Counted from the first letter of the stretch, positions 38,606 to 49,677 are shown. The stretch: DNA of 64,000 nucleotides from Octopus sinensis (GCF_006345805.1 NC_043000.1:682001-746000); one strand, 5' to 3'. Made by a program: numbers and translations. Notes: generated by a model from the sequence alone, not told the origin.

Positions 38606-38678
38606 GGGCATATGGTCTAGTGGTTAAGTGCGCGGGCTACTAACCCCAAGATTCCGAGTTCGATTCCAGGCAGTGACC
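38606..38678 (+). other. tRNA-like Pol III cassette (not a functional tRNA)
   Basis: A box tggtctagtgg, B box gagttcgattcc, anticodon-like loop ggg-ctactaa-ccc; acceptor and T stems do not pair well. Confidence 0.7.
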
Positions 38679-38687
38679 GGAATAATG

Positions 38688-38773
<86 letters not shown>

Positions 38774-39315
38774 TACCAGGCAGTGGCTCTCATGGCTTCT
38801 GATCTTAACTGATTGGAAGTGTTATCATGTACATTGTTTTGTCTTGGTATAAAAGATGGGCTACAGCAAATAGTCTGCTCGATACCACAGATTTGCTTGT
38901 CAGTTGCTTGACCTTAACCAGTTGAGCATGTCCCTTAGTGGCTGACGATATGTGCATCTCTGATCACGAGCAGAAGTAGTGGGGGAGCATCATAGCCATG
39001 TGTTGAGAGGGATTCTTTGGAGTTTGAATAATTCACCTCTGGAAACATGGGTGGTTCTTTCAACATCCTTAAACAACCCTTATTCAGGGACCTTTTGAGC
39101 GGTATGGGCTACTCAACCTGAAGAAAATTCTAACTGGGCCCCACCTGCAAGGTCATGTGCTGTTTATCTTGATATGAGATCACCATGTCGCGCACATATG
39201 GTTGTGATGCATGTGCCTGGTGTACCCTTATCAGACGGGTAGTCATGATGAGTATATTGGGCTTCGTATATTTTACCCCAGTGTCACTTTGATGGCATGA
39301 ACTGCTCTCTCACTC
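38774..39315 (+). mobile_element. Family D retroposon inserted in the (AAT)n of family E
   Basis: Longest D copy; ends ctctctcactc(aat)n. Confidence 0.88.
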
Positions 39316-39358
<43 letters not shown>

Positions 39359-39417
39359 TAATAATAACAACATCGAAAACACCTCAGCAATGAGAACCCA
39401 GGTTCGAAATTTCCCCA

Positions 39418-39464
39418 GGATACCTGATGAAAGCTGGAGGGTATATCAGCCGAAACGTTGTGTT
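39418..39464 (+). ncRNA. Minimal type I hammerhead (family E)
   Basis: gatac CTGATGA a agctg-gagggtatat-cagcc GAAAC GTT gtgtt. Confidence 0.75.
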
Positions 39465-39575
39465 AACAACAAAGATGACGACTAAATATCCGTCAAATGT
39501 AAATAATGTAAATAATGAACCATTGGATACTTTTGAATTTACTGAATACCTGATACCCGTGAAATATAATTTCTT

Positions 39576-39981
39576 AGGAGTGGCTGTGTGGTAAGTACCT
39601 TGCTTACGAACCACATGGTTCTGGGTTCAGTACCAATCCGTAGCACCTTGGGCAAGTGTCTTTTACTATAGCCTCGGGCCGACCAAAGCCTTGTGAGTGG
39701 ATTTGGTAGACAGAAACTGAAAGAAGCCCGTCGTATATATGTATGTATATATGTATATATATATGCGTGTTTCTGTGTCTGTGTTTGTCGGCCCAACATC
39801 GCTTGACAACCGATGCTGGTGTGTTTACGTGCCCGTAACCTAGCGGTTCGGCAAAAGAGATCGATAGAATAAGTACTGGGCTTCCAAAGAATAAGTCCTG
39901 GGGCCAATTTGCTCGACTAAAGGCGGTGCTCCAGCATGGCCACAGTCAAATGACTGAAACATGTAAAAGAGTAAAAGAGTA
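39576..39981 (+). mobile_element. Family B SINE, full length
   Basis: Full match. Confidence 0.92.
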
Positions 39982-40372
39982 ACCCGACTTTCTTTGTTTA
40001 CTTGAGTTTTTCGAGATACTCTGGCTCACCAAAACATACTGTTTCTTTCGTTGTTGATCCTTTTAATTTGTCTTCGTATCTTTCACTATACATATATGCA
40101 TTTAGATTTGTATGTAAGTATGTATATACCTGTATATACATACTTTAATGTCAGACAACGGTTCATGTAAAAGATGATGTTAGCGTTCACACACAACCCT
40201 ATTTTTGACACGCAGCTACCAACAGCGGCCTCCAATACACATCTTACAGAACAAATGATTTGTAGATTTTTCCATTACAAACAAATAGCATATACAAACA
40301 TGCAGTTGTGTGCCAAGCAGTTTGTTGTGTTTTTGTGTGTATGTAAGAGAGGGAGACGCACCGGCAGAAAAG

Positions 40373-40427
<55 letters not shown>

Positions 40428-40906
40428 TGTGGAAGAGAAAATGACAAAGAGAAAGAGAGTGAAGAAAGCTGAATCCACTTCGCGCAGAGCGTTTGTTGAA
40501 AAGATTGAGAGGCAATTTTTGATGGACGCTGAAGAGAGACCTACTCGGGAAAGGTATGATTTCAGTAAAGCCATAAAAGGCAAACGAAGCCCTTGGAATC
40601 CAACTAGTTCTTTAATGGTTTGAAATGAAGGTTAATGATATGCATTTCAAGCATTAAATTTTTATACTATAATGTTAAGTTCGAAGAGTGTATTTGCTAT
40701 GAAGACAGTAAGGATGTGTATATGGGTACTAAACATGTATCTATGGATGCATGATGAAATATGCCCAAATAGGTATGTGCATGTATATGTACGTTTGTCC
40801 CATATTATTTCCTGCTGCTTTTCTTCTGCTCCCTTAACACCATTCCCATTCGACACTGCTCGAATTTTTTTTCACCTCTTCTTTTAATTCTGGCTCTGTT
40901 TGTAGA

Positions 40907-41072
40907 ACATACATACATACATACATACATACATACATACATACATACTACATAATACATACATACATACATACATACATACACACACACACTACATACA
41001 TACATACATACATACATACATACATACATACATACATACATACGTACATACATACATACATACATAATACAT

Positions 41073-41109
<37 letters not shown>

Positions 41110-41562
41110 TACATACATACATACATACATACATACATACATACATACATACATACATACGTACATACATACATAATACATAATACATACATACATACAT
41201 ATATACATACATACATATATACATACATAATACATAATACATACATGCATTCATACATACATACATATATACATACATACATAATACATAATACATACAT
41301 ACATACATATATACATACATACATACATACATACATAATACATAATACATACATACATTCATACATACATATATACATACATACATAATACATAATACAT
41401 ACATACATACATACATATATACATACATACATAATACATAATACATACATACATTCATACATACATACATATATACATACATACGTAATACATACATACA
41501 TACATACATACATACATACATACATACATACATACATACATACATACATACATACATACATA
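40907..41562. repeat. (TACA)n array with higher-order structure
   Basis: Marker ataatacataatac recurs at ~50-60 bp intervals. Confidence 0.9.
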
Positions 41563-41570
41563 AGAACACT

Positions 41571-41960
41571 GGATAATGACCGAGTGAAAACCTCAATAAA
41601 ATGTATACATATTGCATTTGATATAGTGATTTGGGACTGTATATTAGCGGAAACTGTGTAGAGTAGTGGAAATTAGCTGCGCTAACACAAGGTTAAAGTT
41701 GAGGGAAAAAGAAAATACCTACACTGAACTATTGAGAAATATGCAGTTATTATACTCAAATTTCAATTTCAGGTTCTTACCTGTAAGTATTGGGGCACTG
41801 GGATATGTAACACGCTGCCTAAGTACCAAATCTCAAATCTCCAAAAAAAATAAGCTTCTCAAAACCAGAAAGGAGAAAGCTGATTCGAAGACTACAGATC
41901 CAAGCCATCACTGGAACTGTAAAATTTTGTACAACTTGCCAGAAGTTTATCATTGAAGCA
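41571..41960 (+). mobile_element. Restriction-like endonuclease C-terminus of an R4/NeSL-type non-LTR element
   Basis: DIVIWD..VEISC..LREKENTYTELLRNMQLLYSNFNFRFLPVSIGALG, then frameshift to LIRRLQIQAITGTVK. Confidence 0.75.
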
Positions 41961-41982
41961 TCTCGTATGGGTATATGTAGAC

Positions 41983-42032
41983 GCGCGGGCTACTAACCCC
42001 AAGATTCCGAGTTCGATTCCAGGCAGTGACCG

Positions 42033-42093
<61 letters not shown>
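41983..42093 (+). other. 3' part of the family E tRNA-like cassette plus (AAT)n
   Basis: gcgcgggctactaaccccaagattccgagttcgattccaggcagtgaccggaataat matches 38630-38684. Confidence 0.85.
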
Positions 42094-42097
<4 letters not shown>

Positions 42098-42537
42098 CAA
42101 TACCTGTTGTCATAGGTGCCCTGGGAATGAAACAATACCTGTTGTCATAGGTGTCCTGGGAATGAGACTAAAACAATAGCTGTTGTCATAGGTGCCCTGG
42201 GAATGATAGCGAAAGGGACTGATTGCTACCTAACTCAGATACCAGGAAACCCCAAAATGGCAGAAATTCAAAAGATAGTGCTCATGGGAACTGCTCATAT
42301 CCTTAAAAAAATACTCTCTATGTAATCCCAAGGTTTAAAACAAACTTTTTTTTTATTTATTTATTTTTTTTTATGTATTAGACATTCACTAGTACAACAC
42401 CAAAAAAAACCCCCAAATATATGGCACAGAACTTCCAACCTGTTGTCTCTTGAGGTCTCTGGGTGAGACTTGGAGCCAACTTGTACAGACATAAAGCAAA
42501 AGTCAAACATCGAATAATAATAATAATATGCATGAGA
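42094..42537 (+). mobile_element. R4/Dong (Rex6-like) LINE 3' end
   Basis: VVIGALGMIAKGTDCYLTQIPGNPKMAEIQKIVLMGTAHILKKILSM*, 3' UTR, (AAT)n on both sides. Confidence 0.82.
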
Positions 42538-43104
42538 ATAGATACCAAAAACGAAGCATGCAAATCTGCACATGTATTGATTCCAAATACTGCACATTTA
42601 CACACATACATGAAAAAATACCCTGTTGATGTTATTGAAATTCTAATGAAGGAGTCTTAGACTTAGGTTAGAAACCGGCTCCTCTATTGGCAAGAAATCT
42701 TGAAATAAAACTGAATAATGACATACATACATACACATGTGCGTGTGCGCGCGTACTTTTTAAAGATGTGCTTGTTTATCGAGAGATTTCATCTGACACC
42801 ATGTGTTGGCAGGAAAGCAGCCACAATGTACCACCAGTGTTGTTTATATGAATGATTAAAGAACACTATCATTCGTACTATTAAATTCCCTAATGTATCT
42901 TTAATATTTCGCAACAAAATAACATCTACGTCCATGTATTATTGACTTTCTTCACGCATCACGATCTTCTCATTAATCGTGTACTTAACATCTGTCGTAG
43001 CTATTGCCTCATATCGTCAGCCGTGATTTCAGTCATCCTCATCCTGCCCTTCATTGTATCATGGATCACATTGTCTAATGTTTATATCTATTTTCTTATT
43101 ACAG

Positions 43105-43184
43105 TAGAAAGTGATTTTAAGACAGTAGAGCGTGATTTAAATAAGATTTTGCCGCTACTTTTAGTAGATCGAGGAACAGCGTAG
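43105..43184 (+). CDS. Candidate phase-1 terminal exon (ESDFKTVERDLNKILPLLLVDRGTA*)
   Basis: gtctaat branch site, tatctattttcttattacag|tag| NAGNAG acceptor; only one frame open. Confidence 0.35.
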
Positions 43185-43330
43185 AGATTTCTTACTGGGG
43201 CACTTAACAGTATCTGACATAAGGGATTATCAGAGATATTGTGAAGCATAAGATTTCGTTATGCGTTTGAAGAATATCTACATTTATATATATTCCCTTT
43301 CAATTTTATGTCTGTATGTTTGTATGCCTG

Positions 43331-43403
<73 letters not shown>

Positions 43404-43564
43404 TATTAGAAAAACACCATTTTTTATCAACTGAACAATGAAAATATTAAATTATACTATATAGGAATAAATTACATCCTATAGAAAAATTAAATATAAG
43501 ATAAAACCTATACCAATGATTCAGTAATGTGAAAAAATAATAATAAAACGTATATATTTGGTAA

Positions 43565-43650
43565 AATGACTACACATGTTTCGTGGTTATATTTAAGAAT
43601 GATAACAGTAAAATCAATTCAGTATAAATATAGCCACTCTTCAGGTTAAA
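43565..43650 (-). ncRNA. Type I hammerhead-like motif with long stem II in an AT-rich Penelope-like end
   Basis: CTGAAGA gtggctatattta..29 nt..taaatataaccac GAAAC atgt GTA; stem I weak. Confidence 0.55.
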
Positions 43651-43747
43651 GATAAAACAATAAAATAATTAAATAAATAAATATACGTATATAATATTCC
43701 CTAATATTATCATTACTATTATTATTATTATTATATTATTATTATTG

Positions 43748-43790
<43 letters not shown>

Positions 43791-43793
43791 TAC

Positions 43794-43850
<57 letters not shown>

Positions 43851-44152
43851 ATATATATATATATATATATATACATGTGTATGTATGTATGTATGTATGT
43901 ATGTATGTGTACCTGTGTGTTCAGGCTTTCGTCCTCCTTCAGTCAAAATTCCCAGCCTTGGGTGACCGCAAAGGAGTACAGCAAGAGAGACAACTACCTC
44001 CTCCCCACACTTCTGTATGTCTTAGGCATCAGCGATCCTCATGTTTTCCAACATCTTCCTTCTAGTCTATTCCTAGATGTTTTTCCACCATCCGGTTTGT
44101 TATTTCTTCTCTATTATTATTTTTTTTTGTTATTTTACCTTTACTATTAAAT

Positions 44153-44350
44153 AAGGCGGTGAGCTGGCAAAATCGTTAGCACGCCAGCCAAATTGTGTAG
44201 CAGCATTTCACCCGGCTTTACGTTCTGAGTTGAGATTCTGCCGAAGTCGGCTTCGCTTTTATCTTTTCGGGATAGGTAAACACTGGGGTCGATGTAATCA
44301 ACTAGTTCACTACCCCAAAACTTCAGGCCTTGGGCATTTAGTAGAAAAGA
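44153..44350 (+). mobile_element. Family A SINE
   Basis: aaggcggtgagctggcaaaatcgttagcacg. Confidence 0.8.
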
Positions 44351-44383
44351 TTATTATATATATGTATATATATATATACATAT

Positions 44384-44796
44384 AGCAGAAGTGGCTGTGT
44401 GGTAAGTAGCTTGCTAACCAACCACATGGTTCAGGGTTCAGTCCCACTGCGTGGCACCTTGGGCAAGTGTCTTCTACTATAGCCTCGGGCCGACCAAAGC
44501 CTTATGAGTGGATCTGGTAGACGGAAACTGAAAGAAGCCCGTCGTATATATTTATATATATATATATGCGTGTGTGTGTTTGTGTGTCTGTGTTTGTCCC
44601 CCTAGCATTGCTTGACAACCGATGCTGGTGTGTTTGCGTCCCCGTAACTTAGCGGTTCGGCAAAAGCGACCGATAGAATAAGTACTGGGCTTACAAAAAC
44701 AATAAGTCCCGGGGTCGAGTTGCTCGATTAAAGGCGGTGCTCCAGCATGGCCGCAGTCAAATGACTGAAACAAGTAAAAGAGTAAAATAGTAAAAG
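44384..44796 (+). mobile_element. Family B SINE, full length
   Basis: Full match. Confidence 0.93.
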
Positions 44797-45630
44797 TCTA
44801 TTAGAGAAGTAACCAAATTCCTTCTTGAGTGGGAGATGCGGGTCAAACACATACACGCACACATACGACGAGCTTCCACACACTTTCCATCAACAAAATT
44901 CACTCACAAGTCACTGACCAGCCTAGGGCATGTAGAAAACGCTTGCCTAAGGTTACACGCTGTGGGACTGAACACGAAACCTTATGGTTGCAAAACGTGC
45001 TTCTTAACCACACAGCCATGCCTACAGTAAATATTTATTACTATTTTTATTTCATTTATTTTAAGTGGATCCTAAGTATAATAAAACGTCTTTCTAAGAT
45101 ATTTTTATATCAAAAGTATGATTATTTTCTCACTTTTTGCATCAAATATCCATAACTCGCACCAAAGAGAGCAAATGAATTATTGCTATTAAAAAAGCAA
45201 CAAAACAGTTCTTATTTTTATCTTAAAACGATTCCATAGCGTCTTAATATGAGATTTTATACCATGTTCTATGATGAATTTCTCACTCTCTGTATTAAAC
45301 GACATGACCAGCACTCGATGAAAGCAGTTAAAAATATTACGATAACAACAGAATATATAAATACTTTTTAGTTATTTTGCAGTAATTTTTTTTTTTCATG
45401 TTAACGGAGCTAAAACCGCTCTAGCTGCAGTAATCTGTCATTTTAGTTTCTTCTTTGATCTCTCATATCTCGTTCATTCTTTACAAATATTTAAATTTAT
45501 CAACTACTTTGCGCGTCATTCCTGCTATTTCAATTGGTTTAACTATTTTCTTTCTGCTACACTTTGTTGTTGTTTTAGGTTCAACTAACACCATACTCTC
45601 GTATACTTTTTCACTCTTACCTCCCTTCAG

Positions 45631-45705
45631 CTATATCAACGCTGTTAGTTGTAGGTTACGGTCGTTTTCGCGAACTAGCGCGAAGACTGACACTAGTGGG
45701 AAAAA
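45631..45705 (+). CDS. Candidate 75-nt phase-1 exon (ISTLLVVGYGRFRELARRLTLVGK)
   Basis: actaac branch site, tactttttcactcttacctcccttcag| acceptor, A|gtgaat donor. Confidence 0.4.
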
Positions 45706-45919
45706 GTGAATATTTTGCATTACTTTTCAGTATAAGAGGTACCCAAAAGTAACCGGATGTGGTTGTCTTGATCAGTATTGACCTGGGGCAGTATTGACCT
45801 TTCGGGGTGAATGCAATAAGTACCAGTTCAGTACTGGGTCAATGTTGTCGACTTACTCCTCCCACAACCGAAACTGTTGACATCCTACCAAAATTTGAAA
45901 TCAATATTGTGTCTTTGGA

Positions 45920-46320
45920 AGGCGGCGAGCTGGCAGAAAAGTTAGCGCACCGGGCGAAATGCTTAGCGATATTTCTTCTGCCGCTACGTTCTGAGTTCAA
46001 ATTCCGCCGAGGTCGACTTTGCCTTTCATCCTTTCGGGGTCGATTATATAAGTACCAGTTACGCACTGGGGTCGATATAATCGACTTAATCCCTTTGTCT
46101 GTCCTTGCTTGTCCTCTCTGTGTTTAGCCCCTAGTGGGTAGTAAAGAAATAGATATTTCGTCTATCTTTACGTTCTGTGTTTAAATTCTGCCGAGGTCGA
46201 CTTTGACTTTCATCCTTTCGGGGTCGATGAATTTAAGTACCAGTTGCGTACTGGGGTCGATCTAACCGACTGGTCTCTTCTCCAAAAATTTCAGGCCTTG
46301 TTCCTAGAGTAGAAAAGAAC
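45920..46320 (+). mobile_element. Family A SINE dimer
   Basis: One head, two bodies joined at aaagaaatagatatttcg. Confidence 0.9.
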
Positions 46321-46569
46321 GTTGTGTCTTTGGATTGGCAGAGTCATCGGAGTGTCGGATAAAATATCTTTCAGTATTTATTCCGGTTCTTTATATTCTG
46401 AGTTAAAAATCATGTCTAGATATTCTTCCATAGGGTGCATTGAATGAAACGATAAACTTTTCGGTGTTTGTTTCGGCTCTTCAAATTTTGAGTTTAAATC
46501 TCGACAAAATCAACTTTGTCCGTCAATGTTCCCGTATCGATGGTATGAACTACACAGTCGATTTCGTTA

Positions 46570-46573
<4 letters not shown>

Positions 46574-46608
<35 letters not shown>

Positions 46609-46666
46609 GCTACGACGACGACGACGACGACGACGACGACAACGACTACTACAACCACTGCTGCTG

Positions 46667-46709
<43 letters not shown>

Positions 46710-46877
46710 GACGACGACGACAACGACAACGACTACTACAACCACTGCCGCTGTAGCTACTACAACTACTACTATGACGACGACGACGACAACGACGACG
46801 ACGACAACGACGACGACGACAACGACGACGACGACAACGACGACGACGACAACGACGACGACGACGACGACAACAGG
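46574..46877. repeat. Compound (CTA)n/(CGA)n/(CAA) array inside a degenerate family A SINE
   Basis: Bounded by the direct repeat gtcgatttcgttaacta. Confidence 0.85.
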
Positions 46878-47090
46878 GTCGATTTCGTTAACTAACCCCT
46901 TTCTCCTATATTTCTGACCTTGCAACATTTATTTCCGATCTTCAAGTTTTAAGATCAAATCCCCATAAAATATCAACCTTGTTCAATTTTTCTCTGTCGA
47001 TGAAATGAACTACCCAGTTAAGCACTCAGGTCGATTTCGTTGACTGAACCCTTTTTCCTAAATTTCTAACCTTGCGTCTTTGTTACAGAC

Positions 47091-47123
<33 letters not shown>

Positions 47124-47246
47124 CGGTGGGGTGGTTTGCCATGAAGATGACGATTGCAGTCACTAATCCGATGGGCGCTGTCGGATCTTTAAATGTCTGT
47201 CGAGGAGCAACTGCGACTAATCTCTAAACCAATCTTCTTTCTATAG

Positions 47247-47270
47247 AAAGGGTCAACCGTATTAAGTCAG
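47247..47270 (+). CDS. Candidate 24-nt symmetric micro-exon (RVNRIKS in the phase-1 frame)
   Basis: actaat branch site, aatcttctttctatag| and CAG|gtaaac. Confidence 0.45.
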
Positions 47271-47385
47271 GTAAACATGTTAATCGGTCCTTAATCAGAG
47301 AAACACGTTAAAAAAAATAACAAGAATTCGAAATTGTGTAGCAACAGCAGTAGCAGTCGTAGTAGTAGTAGTCGTCGTCGTCGTC

Positions 47386-47416
<31 letters not shown>

Positions 47417-47589
47417 GAGGAGGAGGAGGAGGAGGAGATGGTGGTGGAGAAAGTGGAGTGGAATTGTAGCGGCGTGAATTCGTTTGATGTGTGTGGGGGA
47501 TGATGTGGTAATGCTTTATTTGTTTTGTAGTAGTTGTGGTACTAGGGGCCCGTGGGGGGCGGGTTTTAGGTGTTGTGATTGTAAGGGCA

Positions 47590-47621
47590 GATTGTTTGTG
47601 TGGTAGTAAGTAGTTCTGCTG

Positions 47622-47658
<37 letters not shown>

Positions 47659-47814
47659 CAGCAGCAGTGGTTGTAGTAGTCGTTGTCGTCGTCGTCGTCG
47701 TCGTAGTAGTAGTAGTAGCCGCAGCGGCAGTAGTTGTAGTAGTCGTTGTCTTCGTCGTCGTAGAAGTAGTAGTAGTAGTAGTAGTAGCAGCAGCAGTGGT
47801 TGTAGTAGTAGTAC

Positions 47815-47872
<58 letters not shown>

Positions 47873-47875
47873 TGC
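47590..47875. repeat. (TAG)n/(TCG)n/(CAG)n compound array
   Basis: Direct inspection. Confidence 0.9.
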
Positions 47876-48139
47876 GGAGGTGTTGATGGTATTTGCCAGA
47901 GAAGCGATGGCATTGGGGTTAGGCTTGTGATTGCGGTGATATTTCTGGATGCTTTGATGGTGAACCATGATTATGGTATCCATAGATATGAAAATGGTGG
48001 TACTGTGAAAATAGGAGTCTGATGGCGGATGGTGGTAATAAAGTCTAGTGACGTAGGTAGATTGTGTGCCTCTCAAGACAGCCCTTGGCTTAGCCGAGCC
48101 TTCCCTTGGGCATCCAGTCCTATACAAACTTATATAACT

Positions 48140-48915
48140 GTATAGATTTTCCAGGACGAGATTCGTCTTCTAGGCTGTAGTTTCCGGCTCGGAATTTCTG
48201 GAACTATCGTTGACACTTGCTTACGCTTATTGTCCGAACCGCGTATACTGCATTAGTGGAGGCGCAATGGCCCAGAGGTTAGGGCAGCGGACTCGCGGTC
48301 GGAGGATCGCGGTTTCTATTCCCAGACCGGGCATTGTGAGTGTTTATTGAGCGAAAACACCTAAAGCTTCACGAGGCTCCGGCAGGGGGTGTTGGTGAAC
48401 CCTGCTGTACTCTTTCACCACAACTTTCTCTCACTCTTACTTCCTGTTTCTGTTGTACCTGTATTTCAAAGGGCCAGCCTTGTCACACTCTGTGTCACGC
48501 TGAATCTACTCGAGAACTACGTTAAGGGTACAAGTGTCTGTGGAGTGCTCAGCCACTTGCACGTTAATTCCACGAGCAAGCTGTTCCGTTGATCGTATCA
48601 GCTGGGACCCTCATCGTCGTAACCGACGGAGTGCTCCTACTATACTGCATTAATATCCCTCGCACTTTCCGTTGCGTTTTTGCATTTATTGAACTCATAA
48701 AACAAAATATACCGAATATGCTCCTTTGTCACTTCCATTATAGCTTTGAAAAAAATAACTGTTAAAATCGAACTGCACTCTTCAAAACTTGTACTAAGAG
48801 TAAGCACATGATAAAATTACTACCTGTTTTTATTGCAAGTTGATGCAAGTAGTTTACCCCGTTACCCTCCGACTTTTCGTTGGAAAAAAAACTGCATTTT
48901 CTATGGGTGACCCAA
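48140..48915 (-). pseudogene. Mariner 5' end (same family as 13281) split by a C1 SINE
   Basis: ta|ttgggtcacccatagaaaatgc TIR; MEVTKEHIRYILFYEFNK..NATESARDINAVY continues left of the SINE to KFRAGNYSLEDE. Confidence 0.85.
48256..48640 (+). mobile_element. Family C1 (OR1-like) SINE with a 12-bp TSD
   Basis: TSD tatactgcatta at 48244-48255 and 48641-48652. Confidence 0.93.
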
Positions 48916-48989
48916 TATATATACATGTGTGTGTGGTGTGTGTGTGTGTGTGAGAGAGCGAGAGAGAGAGTGAGAGTGAGAGAGTCATT

Positions 48990-49200
48990 ATGTCTGTGTT
49001 TGTCCCCTACCATCATTTGACAACCGGTATTGGCGTGTTTACATCCCCGTAACTTAGTAGCCCGGCAAAGAACCGCGATAGAATAAGTGCAAAGCTTAAA
49101 AAAGATATTAAGTACTGGGGTCGATTCGTTCGTCTAACGTTCTTCAAGGCGGTGCCCCAGCATGGCCGTATTCCAATGGCTGGAAGAAATAAAAGATAAA
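48990..49200 (+). mobile_element. Family B SINE, 3' half
   Basis: gacaaccggtattggcgtgtttacatccccgtaacttag. Confidence 0.75.
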
Positions 49201-49630
49201 TGTTAAAAGCGATTGGTTACAAGGTGATTTTAAGAATGGCCATAAACGTGGTCGTGTAACTGTTTTTGTAGTGTATCGGTGTGTGTGTGAGTGTATGAAT
49301 GTGTGTGTGTGTGTGTTTGTGTGTATGTGTGTGTGTGTGTGTGTGTTAATGTGTGTGTGTGTGTGTTTGTGTGTGTTAGATTACCCTTGGGAGTGGGAGA
49401 AATAATGCACACTTTCAAAGATCAACTTTGATGTTACCGGTTTCACCCTCCACCCTCTGCGCCACTTTATTTCTGCTGATTCGTGATAACGACAACAACA
49501 ACAACAACAACTACAACTACGACGACAACAACAACTGCAATCACATAAAAAAAAAGATTCGCTAACCTTAGCAACAACTACTTGCTTGACTACTACTTCT
49601 ACTACAACCACTGCTACTGCTAATGATGAA

Positions 49631-49664
<34 letters not shown>

Positions 49665-49677
49665 ACTACTACTGCTG

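Larger units (their letters stand above)
38427..39517 (+). mobile_element. Family E copy 2 with a 12-bp TSD and nested family D
   Basis: TSD aaccattggata at 38415-38426 and 39518-39529; inverted arm, tRNA-like cassette, (AAT)n, direct arm. Confidence 0.85.

Noticed and set aside
38606-38678. Functional tRNA-Ser(ACT) gene
   Set aside because: Acceptor and T stems do not pair properly; it is repeated inside a mobile element.
38774-38830. U1/U2 snRNA origin of the family D 5' end
   Set aside because: Only short patchy similarity (taccaggcagtgg; antisense atcagtt); not supportable without an alignment.
40494-40559. 66-nt exon AFVEKIERQFLMDAEERPTRE with gtatga donor
   Set aside because: No pyrimidine tract, and phase 2 does not fit the other candidates.
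47516-48127. 203-aa Thr-rich ORF as a mucin-like exon
   Set aside because: Driven by a (CTA)n array and degenerate ACC-rich flanks; its start lies at a mariner breakpoint.
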